From the NCBI GenBank assembly GCA_947624925.1, contig CANQMG010000003.1, positions 1 to 40,839 on the forward strand: 40,839 nucleotides of DNA, in the 5' to 3' direction. The number at the start of each line of letters is the position of its first letter. Positions within the stretch are counted from its first letter, which is position 1. The position numbers were made by a program, and so were the translations under genes. Under the pieces are notes generated by a model. That model searched no databases. It saw only the letters and a list, made by a program, of their open reading frames with translations, and was not told the origin of the DNA. The DNA comes from an uncultured Clostridia bacterium. GTDB taxonomy: Bacteria; Bacillota; Clostridia; TANB77; CAG-508. Positions 1-10,530 of the stretch are shown here, piece after piece.

Positions 1-1
1 T

Positions 2-118
2 TTATTAAAATATCAAATCAATCCTAGATTAAAACAAGTTGCACAAAATATTATACAAGAGCAAAGTGAAGGAATAAAAGAATTGGAGAATGTACGAAGA
101 GATTTGTGTCACAATTAG
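2..118 (+). CDS. 3' end of a CDS running in from the left edge; possibly DUF305 (ferritin-like) family
   Basis: Open frame 2 reads LLKYQINPRLKQVAQNIIQEQSEGIKELENVRRDLCHN* (TAG 116-118). The L..A..II..Q..EI..L-like pattern resembles DUF305 C-termini. Confidence 0.5.
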   Translation, partial: LLKYQINPRLKQVAQNIIQEQSEGIKELENVRRDLCHN

Positions 119-169
119 TAAAATTAAGAACAGGTTGTTCTCAACATTTTAAAATACTATAAATCCATA

Positions 170-198
170 TTGAGAAATTGTTATTTTAATGGTAAAAT
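170..198 (+). promoter_or_regulatory. sigmaA-type promoter for the nuclease gene
   Basis: TTGAGA-17 bp-TAAAAT with a TG extension; GAGG RBS before ATG 226. Confidence 0.55.
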
Positions 199-225
199 AG
201 AAAAAATAAAACGAGGTAAAATTAT

Positions 226-984
226 ATGGGAAGAAAAAAGAAAAATAAAAAATTAAATATTTTGCAATACTTTTTTGCTATGGTAATATTAATTTTTATT
301 TCAATTTATGGATATATAAACCCAAATGCTACATCTGAAAATTCAGTAAATGATTATAATTTAAATAATCAAAATATTATATTTGATTTATCTACAATTC
401 CAGAGTATACATCAAGTCCTTATGTTGAAATCAATAATAATATTCCATATTTTACGGAAGAAGATTATACCACTGAGCCTTTTGAAAAATATAGCGATTT
501 GGGAGATGGTAAGGCAGGAGTTGCTTATGCAAACATTTGCAAAGAAATTATGCCACAAGAAGGAGAAGAACGTGGTGAAATAGGAAATGTTAAAGATTTA
601 TCTGGATGGGTGCAAAAAAGATATGATAATTTAATAAAGGATAAATATTTATATAATCGTTGCCATCTAATTGGTTGGCAACTTGCAGGAGAAAATGCAA
701 ATAAAAACAATTTAATAACTGGGACAAGATACTTAAATACAGAAGGAATGTTACCATTTGAAAATGAAGTGGCAGAGTATATAAATAAAAACGAAAATAA
801 TCATGTTTTATATAGAGTAACACCTATTTTTGAAGGAAGAAACCTTTTAGCAAGTGGAGTAGAAATGGAAGCATGGTCAGTTGAAGATTCAGGTAAAGGA
901 GTTCATTTTAATGTTTATTGTTATAATGTTCAGCCAGGAATAGTTATTGATTATACTACTGGAGAAAGTTATGCAGAAGAATAA
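226..984 (+). CDS. Membrane-anchored DNA/RNA non-specific endonuclease (EndA/DNA-entry nuclease-like, betabetaalpha-metal)
   Basis: N-terminal TM helix; LYNRCHLIGWQL His-metal motif; NLITGTRYLN; HVLYRVTPIF; FNVYCYNVQPG. Confidence 0.88.
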   Translation: MGRKKKNKKLNILQYFFAMVILIFISIYGYINPNATSENSVNDYNLNNQNIIFDLSTIPEYTSSPYVEINNNIPYFTEEDYTTEPFEKYSDLGDGKAGVAYANICKEIMPQEGEERGEIGNVKDLSGWVQKRYDNLIKDKYLYNRCHLIGWQLAGENANKNNLITGTRYLNTEGMLPFENEVAEYINKNENNHVLYRVTPIFEGRNLLASGVEMEAWSVEDSGKGVHFNVYCYNVQPGIVIDYTTGESYAEE

Positions 985-1131
985 ATTAATTAAATTTGAT
1001 AATTTACAGTAAAATTATTGTAAATTTATGAAAAACAATATATAATTACTATTAAGTTTAGTTCTTAATACTATTAAATCAGATAGTATATTTCCAAAAA
1101 ATAATGTAAAAAACGAAGGAGTGATTATATA

Positions 1132-1842
1132 TTGAATTTAGATTTAGTAAATAATTTATTAAATGATTTAAAGGAGAATCAATTTGTGCAAAATTTTATA
1201 AAAGAGTTATCCAATTATTTAGAAGATAAAAATAATTTAAATAGTGAAAATGAAGAAATTCCAATAATAGAAGATATATTGTCAAAAAACAATCTTACAA
1301 CAGGAAATAAAAATGCTATTAGATGGAATTTAGATGATGTTGTATTAAAATATTCACAAGAAAATTCGAGTAATGATGCAATATATTTTATAAAAGATAA
1401 AAAGGATAATGCTTATGCTGCACTAAAGGCAGAAAATGGTAAAATAGAAGAAATAGAAATAAGTAAAAAAGATGTTCCAAGTGAAGTAAAAATAAATGAC
1501 GTTTTAAGAATTAAGAATAATAATTGTGTAATTGATAGTATTGCTACTAAAGAATTGCAAGAAGATATAAGAAATATGGCAAAAGAAATACTAAATAAGC
1601 AGAACATAAATTTAGAAAAACATAGAAAAGAAGGACATTTATATATGGTAACTGAAGAATTAGGGAATAACAGATTCTTATTGGATTTAACGGATGCACC
1701 AAAAACAGAATTTGAAGAGACGGATATTCAAAAAGATTTACTAAGCATAGCAACAGAAGGTATGGTCCTTAAATACACTAATGGAAAATACGAATACTAT
1801 TCAGATGATGGATTTGAAAGAGCTGAAAAAATACATTCATAA
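1132..1842 (+). CDS. Hypothetical protein with DUF3006-like repeats
   Basis: TTG start after AAGGAGTG RBS. Two segments resemble DUF3006 (EIEISKKDVPSEVKINDVLRI..IDSIATKE and DIQKDLLSIATEGMVLKY). The stop overlaps the stop of the convergent ORF. Confidence 0.6.
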   Translation: MNLDLVNNLLNDLKENQFVQNFIKELSNYLEDKNNLNSENEEIPIIEDILSKNNLTTGNKNAIRWNLDDVVLKYSQENSSNDAIYFIKDKKDNAYAALKAENGKIEEIEISKKDVPSEVKINDVLRIKNNNCVIDSIATKELQEDIRNMAKEILNKQNINLEKHRKEGHLYMVTEELGNNRFLLDLTDAPKTEFEETDIQKDLLSIATEGMVLKYTNGKYEYYSDDGFERAEKIHS

Positions 1843-2694
1843 TCTTAAAGTTGGTTGGTATATTTTAAAATCCACACCAGAGATATTGGCTTTCCAACCA
1901 TCCGGAAAAGGTATATTATTATAATTATCTGAAATTAATTTTGCTTGGCTAAAAGCTGTAGAATCTTGTTTTATTTCACCAGTAACTAAATTAACACCAT
2001 CTGGATTAACCATTGGAACAATGTATAATGATATATTATTATATAAAAATCTTGTATTATATCCAAAGATAGTTTCATTATTTACAAAACTTAAACAATA
2101 ATTCTCAATAAAATTCATAAGTAAAGGAGTTGTAATCCATTCATTAGCATGGAAAGAGGCATTATAAAAAACTTCTTTTGAACCTCTACCAATTTTAATA
2201 TAAGGAATTCTATTATTTAATACACTATTTCCAATATACCCAATTTCTATAAAAGGATAAGTATTTTTTAAAGCAGATATATTCATTAAAAGAATAGAAT
2301 AAGAGTAAGAAATACTTGTAGGTACAATTTTATTAAAAGGTACTAATATTCTTTGACCAACAGAAATATTATTAATAGAGGAAATATTAGGGTTTGCAAA
2401 TATTATACGATTTATATTAGAATTAAATTTTTGTGATATAGAATATAAAGTATCTCCTGGTTTAGTTGTATAAATTGTATAACCATATATGTAAGGAAAA
2501 AGTTTATCCCATGTATTATTTCCAACTATACCATCCGTAGGTAAACCAAAGTTATATTGAAAAATTTTTACAGCTGTTTGAGTATTATCACTAAATAAGC
2601 CATCTATAGTGCCAAAATAAAATCCTAATTTTTTTAGAGTAGATTGTAAGAGTTCAACAATTGGGCCTGAAGAACCTAATTTTAAAACTTCCAT
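1837..2694 (-). pseudogene. PG-binding + LysM + M14 gamma-D-glutamyl-meso-DAP peptidase (YqgT/endopeptidase I-like), C-terminally truncated or split
   Basis: PG_binding_1 motif (LKLGSSGPIVELLQSTL...DGIVG..TW), LysM (YTTKPGDTLYSIS), Zn motif HANE and VPMVNPDG. WKANISGVD is followed by a non-homologous FKIYQPTLRL* where GVDLN is expected. Confidence 0.8.
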
Positions 2695-2968
2695 AATATC
2701 ACCTAAAATATTATATTTTAGTAATATACAAAGTGTGATAAAGTTATATACATATATTTTAATTTCTTAATAATAAATTCATATATATATAAACTATAAA
2801 AGTGTACCTAATAAATCATTAGATGATTGTAATTTAATAAAGGATAGTATTTATATAATTGTTATTATTTAACTGAATAGCAATTTATGGGAGAAAATAT
2901 AAATATAAAGCATAAATAATAAAACTTCACATATAAATATAATAAATTATTTATTTGTGAGGTTTTTT

Positions 2969-3679
2969 ATGTTTATATTAAGTAAAAAGAGAATCTTAAT
3001 TGTATTAATATGTTTATGTGTTTCAATATGTAGTACATATATTATAAAAGAAAATATAACAAATAAAACAGTTGAAACAGTTAGTCTTCCTGTTTCAAAT
3101 AAAGTAATTGTAATAGATGCTGGACATGGCAAACCAGATGAAGGGGCACAAAGTAGTAATGGTACAACAGAGGCACAAACAAATTTAAAAATTGCTCTAA
3201 AGGTACAGAATTTATTAGAACAAAGCGGATGTGAAGTTATTTTAACACGTTCTGATGATGAAGCTATATATGATTTAGATAGTAAAACTCTTAAAGATAA
3301 AAAAATTTCAGATATACATAATAGAGTGAAAATTGGAAATGAATCACAAGCGGACATATTTGTATCAATTCATTTAAATAAAATACCTGAGAACCAATAT
3401 TATGGTTGGCAGACATTTTATAAAAAAGATAATGTTGAAGGAAAAAAACTAGCTACATGTATACAAAATAATTTAAATACTTCAATACAAAGAGAAAATG
3501 ATAGAGTTCCTTTAACTATAGATAATGTATATATAATTAAACATGTAGAAATACCTACAGCTATAGTAGAATGCGGATTTTTATCAAATCCAGAAGAAGA
3601 AAAACTATTGTTAGATGATAATTATCAAAATAAATTAGCATGGGGAATATATACAGGAATTATTGATTATTTTATGTAA
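2969..3679 (+). CDS. cwlD: Germination-specific N-acetylmuramoyl-L-alanine amidase (Amidase_3)
   Basis: IVIDAGHG.PDEGA, SIHLN, IVECGFLSNPEE, YQNKLAWGIY; N-terminal TM. ATG 2969 follows GAGG (the ORF track starts at GTG 2957). Confidence 0.85.
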   Translation: MFILSKKRILIVLICLCVSICSTYIIKENITNKTVETVSLPVSNKVIVIDAGHGKPDEGAQSSNGTTEAQTNLKIALKVQNLLEQSGCEVILTRSDDEAIYDLDSKTLKDKKISDIHNRVKIGNESQADIFVSIHLNKIPENQYYGWQTFYKKDNVEGKKLATCIQNNLNTSIQRENDRVPLTIDNVYIIKHVEIPTAIVECGFLSNPEEEKLLLDDNYQNKLAWGIYTGIIDYFM

Positions 3680-3891
3680 AAATCTTTAAAAGCATTGAAA
3701 ATTTTGCCATTTTATAATACAATAATAAACATAATGTGATTACATACCTAAAAAGCTAAAAATAGGTAATAAAAAATCACAAATAGTAAAAAACTTTTTT
3801 AAATACTTGACTAAATGCGACAAACAATTTAAACAAAAATAATTATAATTTTTAATACTTAAGTTTATTTAAAAAAGTATGGGGTGGTAAA

Positions 3892-6369
3892 ATGTTTCAA
3901 AATATATCAGTAGATGCAGAAGTGGAGGAAGAATATAAAAGTTCTTCTAAAAATAAATTAAAAATTAAATTGGGTTTAATTTTAAAAAAACAAACAATTT
4001 TATTATATATAATTTCTTTTATGTTATCTATGGTGTCAGCTGGACAAGGAATAAATGTATTTTCAATTTCAATATTTGCAGCCACATGTAGTAATAATAT
4101 ACCTGTTGGTATTTTATATATTATTACATTAATAGGAACGCTAATTAAATTTGGAACAGCTGGATTATTAGATTATTTATTAAATAGTTTTTTATTTATG
4201 GTATTAATATTAATATTTAGAGCAAAGATTCCAGAAAGTACAGTTTTCAATGAAAAAAGAAAATTAGGAAAATACGTTTTTATATCTACTTTTTTAGTAC
4301 AAGCTATAAAAATGATATTTAGTGGTATTATGCTTTACGATGTATTAATTGCACTAATAACATCTATATCTGCATATATATTTTATAAAATATTTAGTAA
4401 TTCAATTATTGTAATAAATGAATTTAATATAAAAAAAGCATTTGCCATAGAAGAAATAATAGGTGCTAGTATATTATTATCAATAGCGGTATCTTGTTTT
4501 GGAGAACTTAGTATATTAGGGGTACATATTAAAAATGTAATAAGTATATTAATAGTATTAATATTAGGCTGGAAAAATGGAATATTAATTGGGGCAACAA
4601 GTGGTGTAGCAATAGGAACAGTACTTGGAATTATTACAAATAGTAATCCAATTATAATAGCTGTTTATGCATTGTCTGGAATGCTTTCTGGTTTACTTAG
4701 TAAATTTGGAAAAATAGGTGTAATTGTTGGCTTTATTGTTGGAAATTTACTAATTACATATGTAGTAAATGGTAATATTGCAGAAATAATTTATTTTAAA
4801 GAAATAATTATTGCTTCATTAGGATTATTACTTGTTCCTGAAAAAATTAAAATAAATATTGAAGATTTATTTGGAAACGATAATTTGTTAGAAGAAACTG
4901 GTAAATATAGATTAGAGAGTAGCAAAGAAACAATAGAAAAATTAAATAATGTATCTGATGTTATACAAGAAATATCAAATTCATATAAACAAGTCGCTTC
5001 AACAGTTGTTGAAAATGATATCGAAGTAGAAGAAAAAAATAAAGATATATTTATTGAAGAGTTTCAAAAAAATTTAAATGGAATAGAAGATAATATATTA
5101 TATGAAGATTTAACAAGTGTAGATGAAAATATAATAACAGATATTTTTAAATACATAAATCAAAATGAAAAAATTAATAAAGATAAATTAATAGAAATAT
5201 TTAAAAATCATAATAATTATATAGTTGGATTTGATGATTATAAAACGAATCAAAAAATTGAGCAAGACATTAATGAAATTACAAAAATAATAAATGAATC
5301 GTATAAAATTTGTAAGGTTAATTTTATATGGAAAAAGAAAATTAATGAAAATAAACAAGTAATGTCAGAACAGTTAAATGGAGTTTCTAAAGCGATATCT
5401 TCTATAGCACAGGAATTTGATGATAATAGTAAAAATATTTTTGATGATAAAAAGAGAGAAATAATAGCAAAAGCAAAAATTAAAAATATAAATATTTTAG
5501 ATGTAAATATTAAGAAATTATCAAATAATAGATTTATAATAAATATTTATACAGAAAAATGTGATACAAAAACAGAAGAATGTCCTAATAAAACAATTGA
5601 AAAAATTTTATCAGAGGTTTTAGAGGATAATATTGTAATACAAAAAGAAAAATGTGCAATAAAACAGCAAAGTAATATATGTAAACAAACGTATTTATCT
5701 AAGGATAAATATAGGTTGCAAATAGGAATGTCCAAAACAACAAAGGATAAATCAGTAGTTTCAGGAGATAGTTTTATACAAGCAAAACTAAATGATGGAA
5801 AAAATTTAATAGCTTTAAGTGATGGAATGGGTTCTGGTCCAGAGGCTAGGAAGTCTAGCCAAATAGCAATAAAGATGTTAGCCAGACTTCTTACTAATGG
5901 ATTTGATAAAGATACATCATTAGAATTAATAAATAGTACAATATATGTTAATTCAGAAAATGAAACATTTGCAACATTAGATGCAAGTATACTAGATTTA
6001 TACTCTGGAAATGTAGAATTTATTAAAAATGCAGCATGTCCAACATTTATAAAAAGCAAACGACAAGTGCAAATATTAAAAACATTATCATTACCGGCTG
6101 GAATTTTAAATAATATAGACTTAGTTGTATATGATAGAGATCTTGAAGATGGTGACATTATTGTAATGTGTACAGATGGGATTTTAGATTCAAATATGGA
6201 ATATAATAATAAAGAAATATGGATTAAAAACTTATTAGAAGAAATAGAAACAGATAATGTACAAAAAATTGCTGATATTATTATAAAAGAGTCTATAGAT
6301 AATAATTATGGTATACCAAAAGATGATATGACTGTTATTGTAATGAAAATAATGAAAAGTATTACCTAA
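3892..6369 (+). CDS. spoIIE: Stage II sporulation protein E (PP2C phosphatase)
   Basis: About 10 N-terminal TM segments; C-terminal SGDS, LSDGMGSG, FATLD, MCTDG and DDMTV motifs; 825 aa. Confidence 0.93.
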   Translation: MFQNISVDAEVEEEYKSSSKNKLKIKLGLILKKQTILLYIISFMLSMVSAGQGINVFSISIFAATCSNNIPVGILYIITLIGTLIKFGTAGLLDYLLNSFLFMVLILIFRAKIPESTVFNEKRKLGKYVFISTFLVQAIKMIFSGIMLYDVLIALITSISAYIFYKIFSNSIIVINEFNIKKAFAIEEIIGASILLSIAVSCFGELSILGVHIKNVISILIVLILGWKNGILIGATSGVAIGTVLGIITNSNPIIIAVYALSGMLSGLLSKFGKIGVIVGFIVGNLLITYVVNGNIAEIIYFKEIIIASLGLLLVPEKIKINIEDLFGNDNLLEETGKYRLESSKETIEKLNNVSDVIQEISNSYKQVASTVVENDIEVEEKNKDIFIEEFQKNLNGIEDNILYEDLTSVDENIITDIFKYINQNEKINKDKLIEIFKNHNNYIVGFDDYKTNQKIEQDINEITKIINESYKICKVNFIWKKKINENKQVMSEQLNGVSKAISSIAQEFDDNSKNIFDDKKREIIAKAKIKNINILDVNIKKLSNNRFIINIYTEKCDTKTEECPNKTIEKILSEVLEDNIVIQKEKCAIKQQSNICKQTYLSKDKYRLQIGMSKTTKDKSVVSGDSFIQAKLNDGKNLIALSDGMGSGPEARKSSQIAIKMLARLLTNGFDKDTSLELINSTIYVNSENETFATLDASILDLYSGNVEFIKNAACPTFIKSKRQVQILKTLSLPAGILNNIDLVVYDRDLEDGDIIVMCTDGILDSNMEYNNKEIWIKNLLEEIETDNVQKIADIIIKESIDNNYGIPKDDMTVIVMKIMKSIT

Positions 6370-6389
6370 AAAATAGGTAATACTTTTAT
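6355..6389 (+). terminator. Intrinsic terminator overlapping the spoIIE stop
   Basis: AAAAGTATTACCTA-loop-TAGGTAATACTTTT inverted repeat. Confidence 0.7.
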
Positions 6390-6458
6390 TATAATTAAAA
6401 ATACTATTGAAAAAAAAAGAAATATATAGTATTCTTTAAATATGGAGGTAGAATATAT

Positions 6459-7976
6459 ATGAGTAGAAGTAGAAGTAGAAAGCATGGCAGAAGATATAAA
6501 GATGAACCAAAATTAAATATAAAAAGAGTTATTGCTGTAGTTATAGCTATAGTAGTAATAATAATGTTTATTATTTTATTAAAAAAATTATTAACTTCTA
6601 ATTTCTCTAATTTACAAACTACTCAATATTTTTCACTATATAGTAATGATAGATGGGGAGTAATAGATAATACTGGAAAAATAATAATAGAGCCTACATA
6701 TGATGAAATGATTATAATTCCAAATAGCAAGCATCCAATATTTATAACCTCAACACAAGTAAATTATGATGTTGGAACATATACAACTAAGGTATTAAAC
6801 GAAAAAAATAAAGAAATATTCACAGAATATGATAAAATATTACCAATAGAAAACTATGATGAAAATAATACACTATGGTATGAGGAAGATGTATTAAAAG
6901 TTCAAAAAGACGGAAAATATGGATTAATAGATTATGAAGGAAAAGTTATACTTGAATGTGAATATGATAATATAAATTCATTAAAAGGAATAAAAAATAG
7001 ATTAATAATTGAAAAAGAAAATAAAAAAGGATTAGTAAATAATAAAGGAAATATAATAGTTAACATAGAATACAAAGATATAAAAGTACTTGGTAAAACA
7101 GTTAATTCATATATTGTTATAGATGAAGAAAATAAATATGGAGTATCTGATATATTAGATACAAAATATGACGAAATAAAGAATATAGATACTACTAATA
7201 TGTTTGTAGTAAAAGAAAAAGGAAAGTACAAAGTAATAGACAAAGAAGAAAAAGAAGTACTTACATCTGATTTTGATGATGTTGAAAACATTATAGATTC
7301 AAATATAATAATTAAAAAATCAGATAAATATGGGATAGTAAATGTAGAAACAGGTAAAAAAATTAATGCAGATTATGAAAAAATAGATTATATAGATGAA
7401 GATAAATTTATTGCAAAAAAAGATGGAAAATATGGAATTATAAATATAAATAATGAAACTTTACTTGATTTTAAATATTCAGATATAATATATTACAATA
7501 CTGCAAACCTTCTTGAGTTAACGTATGAAGAGGATGGAAATATAAAAAATGATATTTTAAATGAAAATTTAGAATTAAAGTCAAATGGAATATTATCAGA
7601 AATTAATAATGAAAAAAATTATATTAAAGTATGGACAGAAGATGGATACAAATATTATAATTTTAAATTTGAAGAAAAAGATGTTATTAATATTTTAAAT
7701 AATAATACAATTTTTGCAAGTAAAAAAGATGGGAAATATGGTTTCATTGATAAAAAAGGAAAAGTAATAGTAGATTATATTTATGATGATGTTATGGAGC
7801 AAAACTCTTTTGGATTTGCTTGCATAAAAAAAGATGGAAAATGGGGATGTATAGATAAGAACGGAAAAATAATACAAGAACCAAAATACGAATTAAAAGA
7901 TAATATATTAATAGACTTTATAGGAAAATATCATATAGGACAAGACTTAAATGCATATTATTATACAGACATATAA
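6459..7976 (+). CDS. Membrane-anchored WG-repeat (WG_beta_rep) protein
   Basis: Basic N-terminus plus TM helix; repeated K.GK(Y/W)G.ID..G..II...YD units. Confidence 0.85.
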   Translation: MSRSRSRKHGRRYKDEPKLNIKRVIAVVIAIVVIIMFIILLKKLLTSNFSNLQTTQYFSLYSNDRWGVIDNTGKIIIEPTYDEMIIIPNSKHPIFITSTQVNYDVGTYTTKVLNEKNKEIFTEYDKILPIENYDENNTLWYEEDVLKVQKDGKYGLIDYEGKVILECEYDNINSLKGIKNRLIIEKENKKGLVNNKGNIIVNIEYKDIKVLGKTVNSYIVIDEENKYGVSDILDTKYDEIKNIDTTNMFVVKEKGKYKVIDKEEKEVLTSDFDDVENIIDSNIIIKKSDKYGIVNVETGKKINADYEKIDYIDEDKFIAKKDGKYGIININNETLLDFKYSDIIYYNTANLLELTYEEDGNIKNDILNENLELKSNGILSEINNEKNYIKVWTEDGYKYYNFKFEEKDVINILNNNTIFASKKDGKYGFIDKKGKVIVDYIYDDVMEQNSFGFACIKKDGKWGCIDKNGKIIQEPKYELKDNILIDFIGKYHIGQDLNAYYYTDI

Positions 7977-7991
7977 AATGGAGAGAGAAAA

Positions 7992-9212
7992 ATGGAACTA
8001 AAGAGCAAATATCAATATACATATTTTATATATCCATATGTTATTGATGAATATAAATATAAAAAATATATTTTAAATTTATTAAAAAACAAAAATATAC
8101 ATATAAAAAATATTGAGCAAGAAAAAGATATAGAAATATATAATTACTTTTTGCCTAGTATAAAAAAATATATGTTTAGTAATTTTGAATTTACAAAAAA
8201 GAAAATAAATAATATAAAAAAACTAAATATAAAAACACAGGCAAATATTTTATCACAATATAATTGCGTTATGTTCGAATACGAACTAAACAAATCAATA
8301 CAAGGAAAAGCTGATTTAGAAAAATGCATATTTTTTGAAATTCAAAAAATTGAAGTAATATGTTTTAATACAGGAATATGTTTTTTAAATATAAAAACAA
8401 ATGTAGAAGGAAGTAATAATTTTTCGGATATATTAGATTTTAATTATAAATTTAAGGATATACAATCAAATAATAGCAAACTAAAAGATTATGAAAATAT
8501 AAAAATACAAACAAGTACATTTAAAGATATTGAAAGCATATCACAAATAATAACAACAATAACTGGAAATAAAAATTATTTAAAAGATTTAAATATACAT
8601 ACAAATAAATTCTTTACATATTCATATGTGTGCTTAGAACAAGATATGTGGAATAAAGAAAATGATTTTGAAAAAATAGAAAAAGATTATATAAAATATA
8701 TAGAACAAATGCCTAGTAATTGTAAAATAAATTATATGGTATTAGAAGAAATTACAAAAGGTGAATATATAAAAATAGGTGCTAATAATTTAGGAGTTGG
8801 TTTGATAACATCTGCTGTTGAATTGGAAAATTATACAAAGCTTCCATATGAGTTTGAAAATCAATATTTATATACATATATTATTGCTTTATATAAAAAA
8901 ATATATTTAGAAGTTATAAAGGACAAACTAGAAAATTACAAAAATATATATAATATTATAAAAAAAACAGAGAAATTTGAAAAAAGTTTTGAACAAAAAC
9001 AAATAACAGAAGATAAATTTGGAAATATATTTTTTGAATATATACAAGAAAAAATAGATTATAGAAAAACATTTGATGAAATAAATAAAATATATGAAAT
9101 AACAAATAAAAACAAGATATATAAGAAATTTCAAAGAAAAAATATTATATTAAAAATTGTATTATTAATATCAATAATAGTGAACATAATATTATTATGG
9201 AAACTTAATTGA
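7992..9212 (+). CDS. Hypothetical protein with C-terminal TM helix
   Basis: 406-aa ORF with GGAGAG RBS, 15 bp downstream of the WG-repeat gene; no family recognised. Confidence 0.7.
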   Translation: MELKSKYQYTYFIYPYVIDEYKYKKYILNLLKNKNIHIKNIEQEKDIEIYNYFLPSIKKYMFSNFEFTKKKINNIKKLNIKTQANILSQYNCVMFEYELNKSIQGKADLEKCIFFEIQKIEVICFNTGICFLNIKTNVEGSNNFSDILDFNYKFKDIQSNNSKLKDYENIKIQTSTFKDIESISQIITTITGNKNYLKDLNIHTNKFFTYSYVCLEQDMWNKENDFEKIEKDYIKYIEQMPSNCKINYMVLEEITKGEYIKIGANNLGVGLITSAVELENYTKLPYEFENQYLYTYIIALYKKIYLEVIKDKLENYKNIYNIIKKTEKFEKSFEQKQITEDKFGNIFFEYIQEKIDYRKTFDEINKIYEITNKNKIYKKFQRKNIILKIVLLISIIVNIILLWKLN

Positions 9213-9270
9213 TGTTTAAAATTTAAAAAATTTGTATATAACATAGATATCATAAATAGAGAGGTAAAAA

Positions 9271-9663
9271 ATGCAAATAACTTGTGGAACAGATATTATA
9301 GAAATAGAAAGAATTAAAGAGTCCATTGAAAATTTGAAAGATGCATTTACAACAAAAATATATACTCCAAAAGAAATAGAATATTGTGAAAGCAAAAAAA
9401 ATGCTAAATATGAGCATTATGCTGCAAGATTCGCAGCAAAAGAAGCAATATATAAAGCAATTTCTCCAATTCTAAATAACAAATACGAAATATCTTGGAA
9501 GGATGCTGAAGTAGTAAATGATATAAATGGAAAGCCATATGTAAATTTTATAAATTATAAAACAGATAAAATAGAAAGTATAGATATAAGTTTATCACAT
9601 TGTAAAAAATATGCCACAGCAAATGTAACTATTTTATTAAAAAATAATTTGGAGGAAAAATGA
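9271..9663 (+). CDS. acpS: Holo-[acyl-carrier-protein] synthase
   Basis: GTDIIEIERI, AARFAAKEA, GKP and SLSH motifs. Confidence 0.95.
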   Translation: MQITCGTDIIEIERIKESIENLKDAFTTKIYTPKEIEYCESKKNAKYEHYAARFAAKEAIYKAISPILNNKYEISWKDAEVVNDINGKPYVNFINYKTDKIESIDISLSHCKKYATANVTILLKNNLEEK

Positions 9664-10442
9664 AATTATATGATTCTCATGCACATTATAATGATGAAAA
9701 ATTTGACGAAGATAGAAAAGAAATAATAGAAAAAATATTAAATGAAAATATAAATTTTATAATTGCGGGATATAATTTAAAATCATCTGAGGATGCAATA
9801 AAAATATCTGAAAAATACAAGCAAATATATTGCACATGTGGAATTTCTCCAAATGATATTATAGAAGATAAAAATCAAATGCTAAAACAATTAAATAAAA
9901 TAGAAGAAATTTCACAAAATAATAAAGTAGTAGCAATAGGAGAAATTGGTTTAGATTATTATTGGAACAAAGAAAATAAAAAAATACAAGAAGAAATGTT
10001 TATAAAACAAATAGAAATTGCAAATAAATTAGATTTACCAATTGTTATACACACAAGAGAAGCAATAAATGATACCTTAGAAATAATAAAAAATAATCCA
10101 GTAAAAAATAAAGGAGTATTCCATTGCTGTCCACTAAATAAATATTTAGTAGAAGAAGCTATTAAAATGGGATTTTATATTTCTTTTTCAGGAGTAATAA
10201 CATTTAAAAATTGTAAAAATGCAGATGAAATAATAAAAATAATTCCTGAGGATAAAATATTAATAGAAACAGATAGTCCTTATTTGGCACCAGAGCCTAA
10301 TAGAGGGAAAAGAAATGATTCAAGAAATGTAAAATATGTAGCTAAAAAAATTGCGATGGTAAAAGGCAAAACAATAGAAGAAATAGCAGATATAACGTAT
10401 AATAATATATCAAAAATATTTAGAAAAATTAAAAGATGTTAA
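9660..10442 (+). CDS. tatD: TatD family DNase
   Basis: DSHAH, IGEIGLDYY, IHTREA, FHCC, ETDSPYLAP. Confidence 0.93.
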   Translation: MKLYDSHAHYNDEKFDEDRKEIIEKILNENINFIIAGYNLKSSEDAIKISEKYKQIYCTCGISPNDIIEDKNQMLKQLNKIEEISQNNKVVAIGEIGLDYYWNKENKKIQEEMFIKQIEIANKLDLPIVIHTREAINDTLEIIKNNPVKNKGVFHCCPLNKYLVEEAIKMGFYISFSGVITFKNCKNADEIIKIIPEDKILIETDSPYLAPEPNRGKRNDSRNVKYVAKKIAMVKGKTIEEIADITYNNISKIFRKIKRC

Positions 10443-10530
10443 ATTTTATAATTATTAATTATAAAATTACTTGAATATTTTAAAATAATGTGTTAATTTA
10501 AATATAAATAAAAAATAAGGAGGTTATATT

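Noticed and set aside
3808-3849. Spo0A-dependent spoIIE promoter (TGCGACA near TTGACT and TATAAT)
   Set aside because: The 0A box is imperfect and the -35/-10 spacing does not fit; plausible but not supportable.
5547-6158. 203-aa antisense ORF in spoIIE, and similar antisense ORFs in cwlD, the WG-repeat, AI-2E and giant genes
   Set aside because: Codon-bias shadows of well-supported + strand genes.
6460-6482. (AGTAGA)n microsatellite at the start of the WG-repeat gene
   Set aside because: In-frame 6-nt unit with three copies encoding SRSRSR; length changes would not shift the frame.
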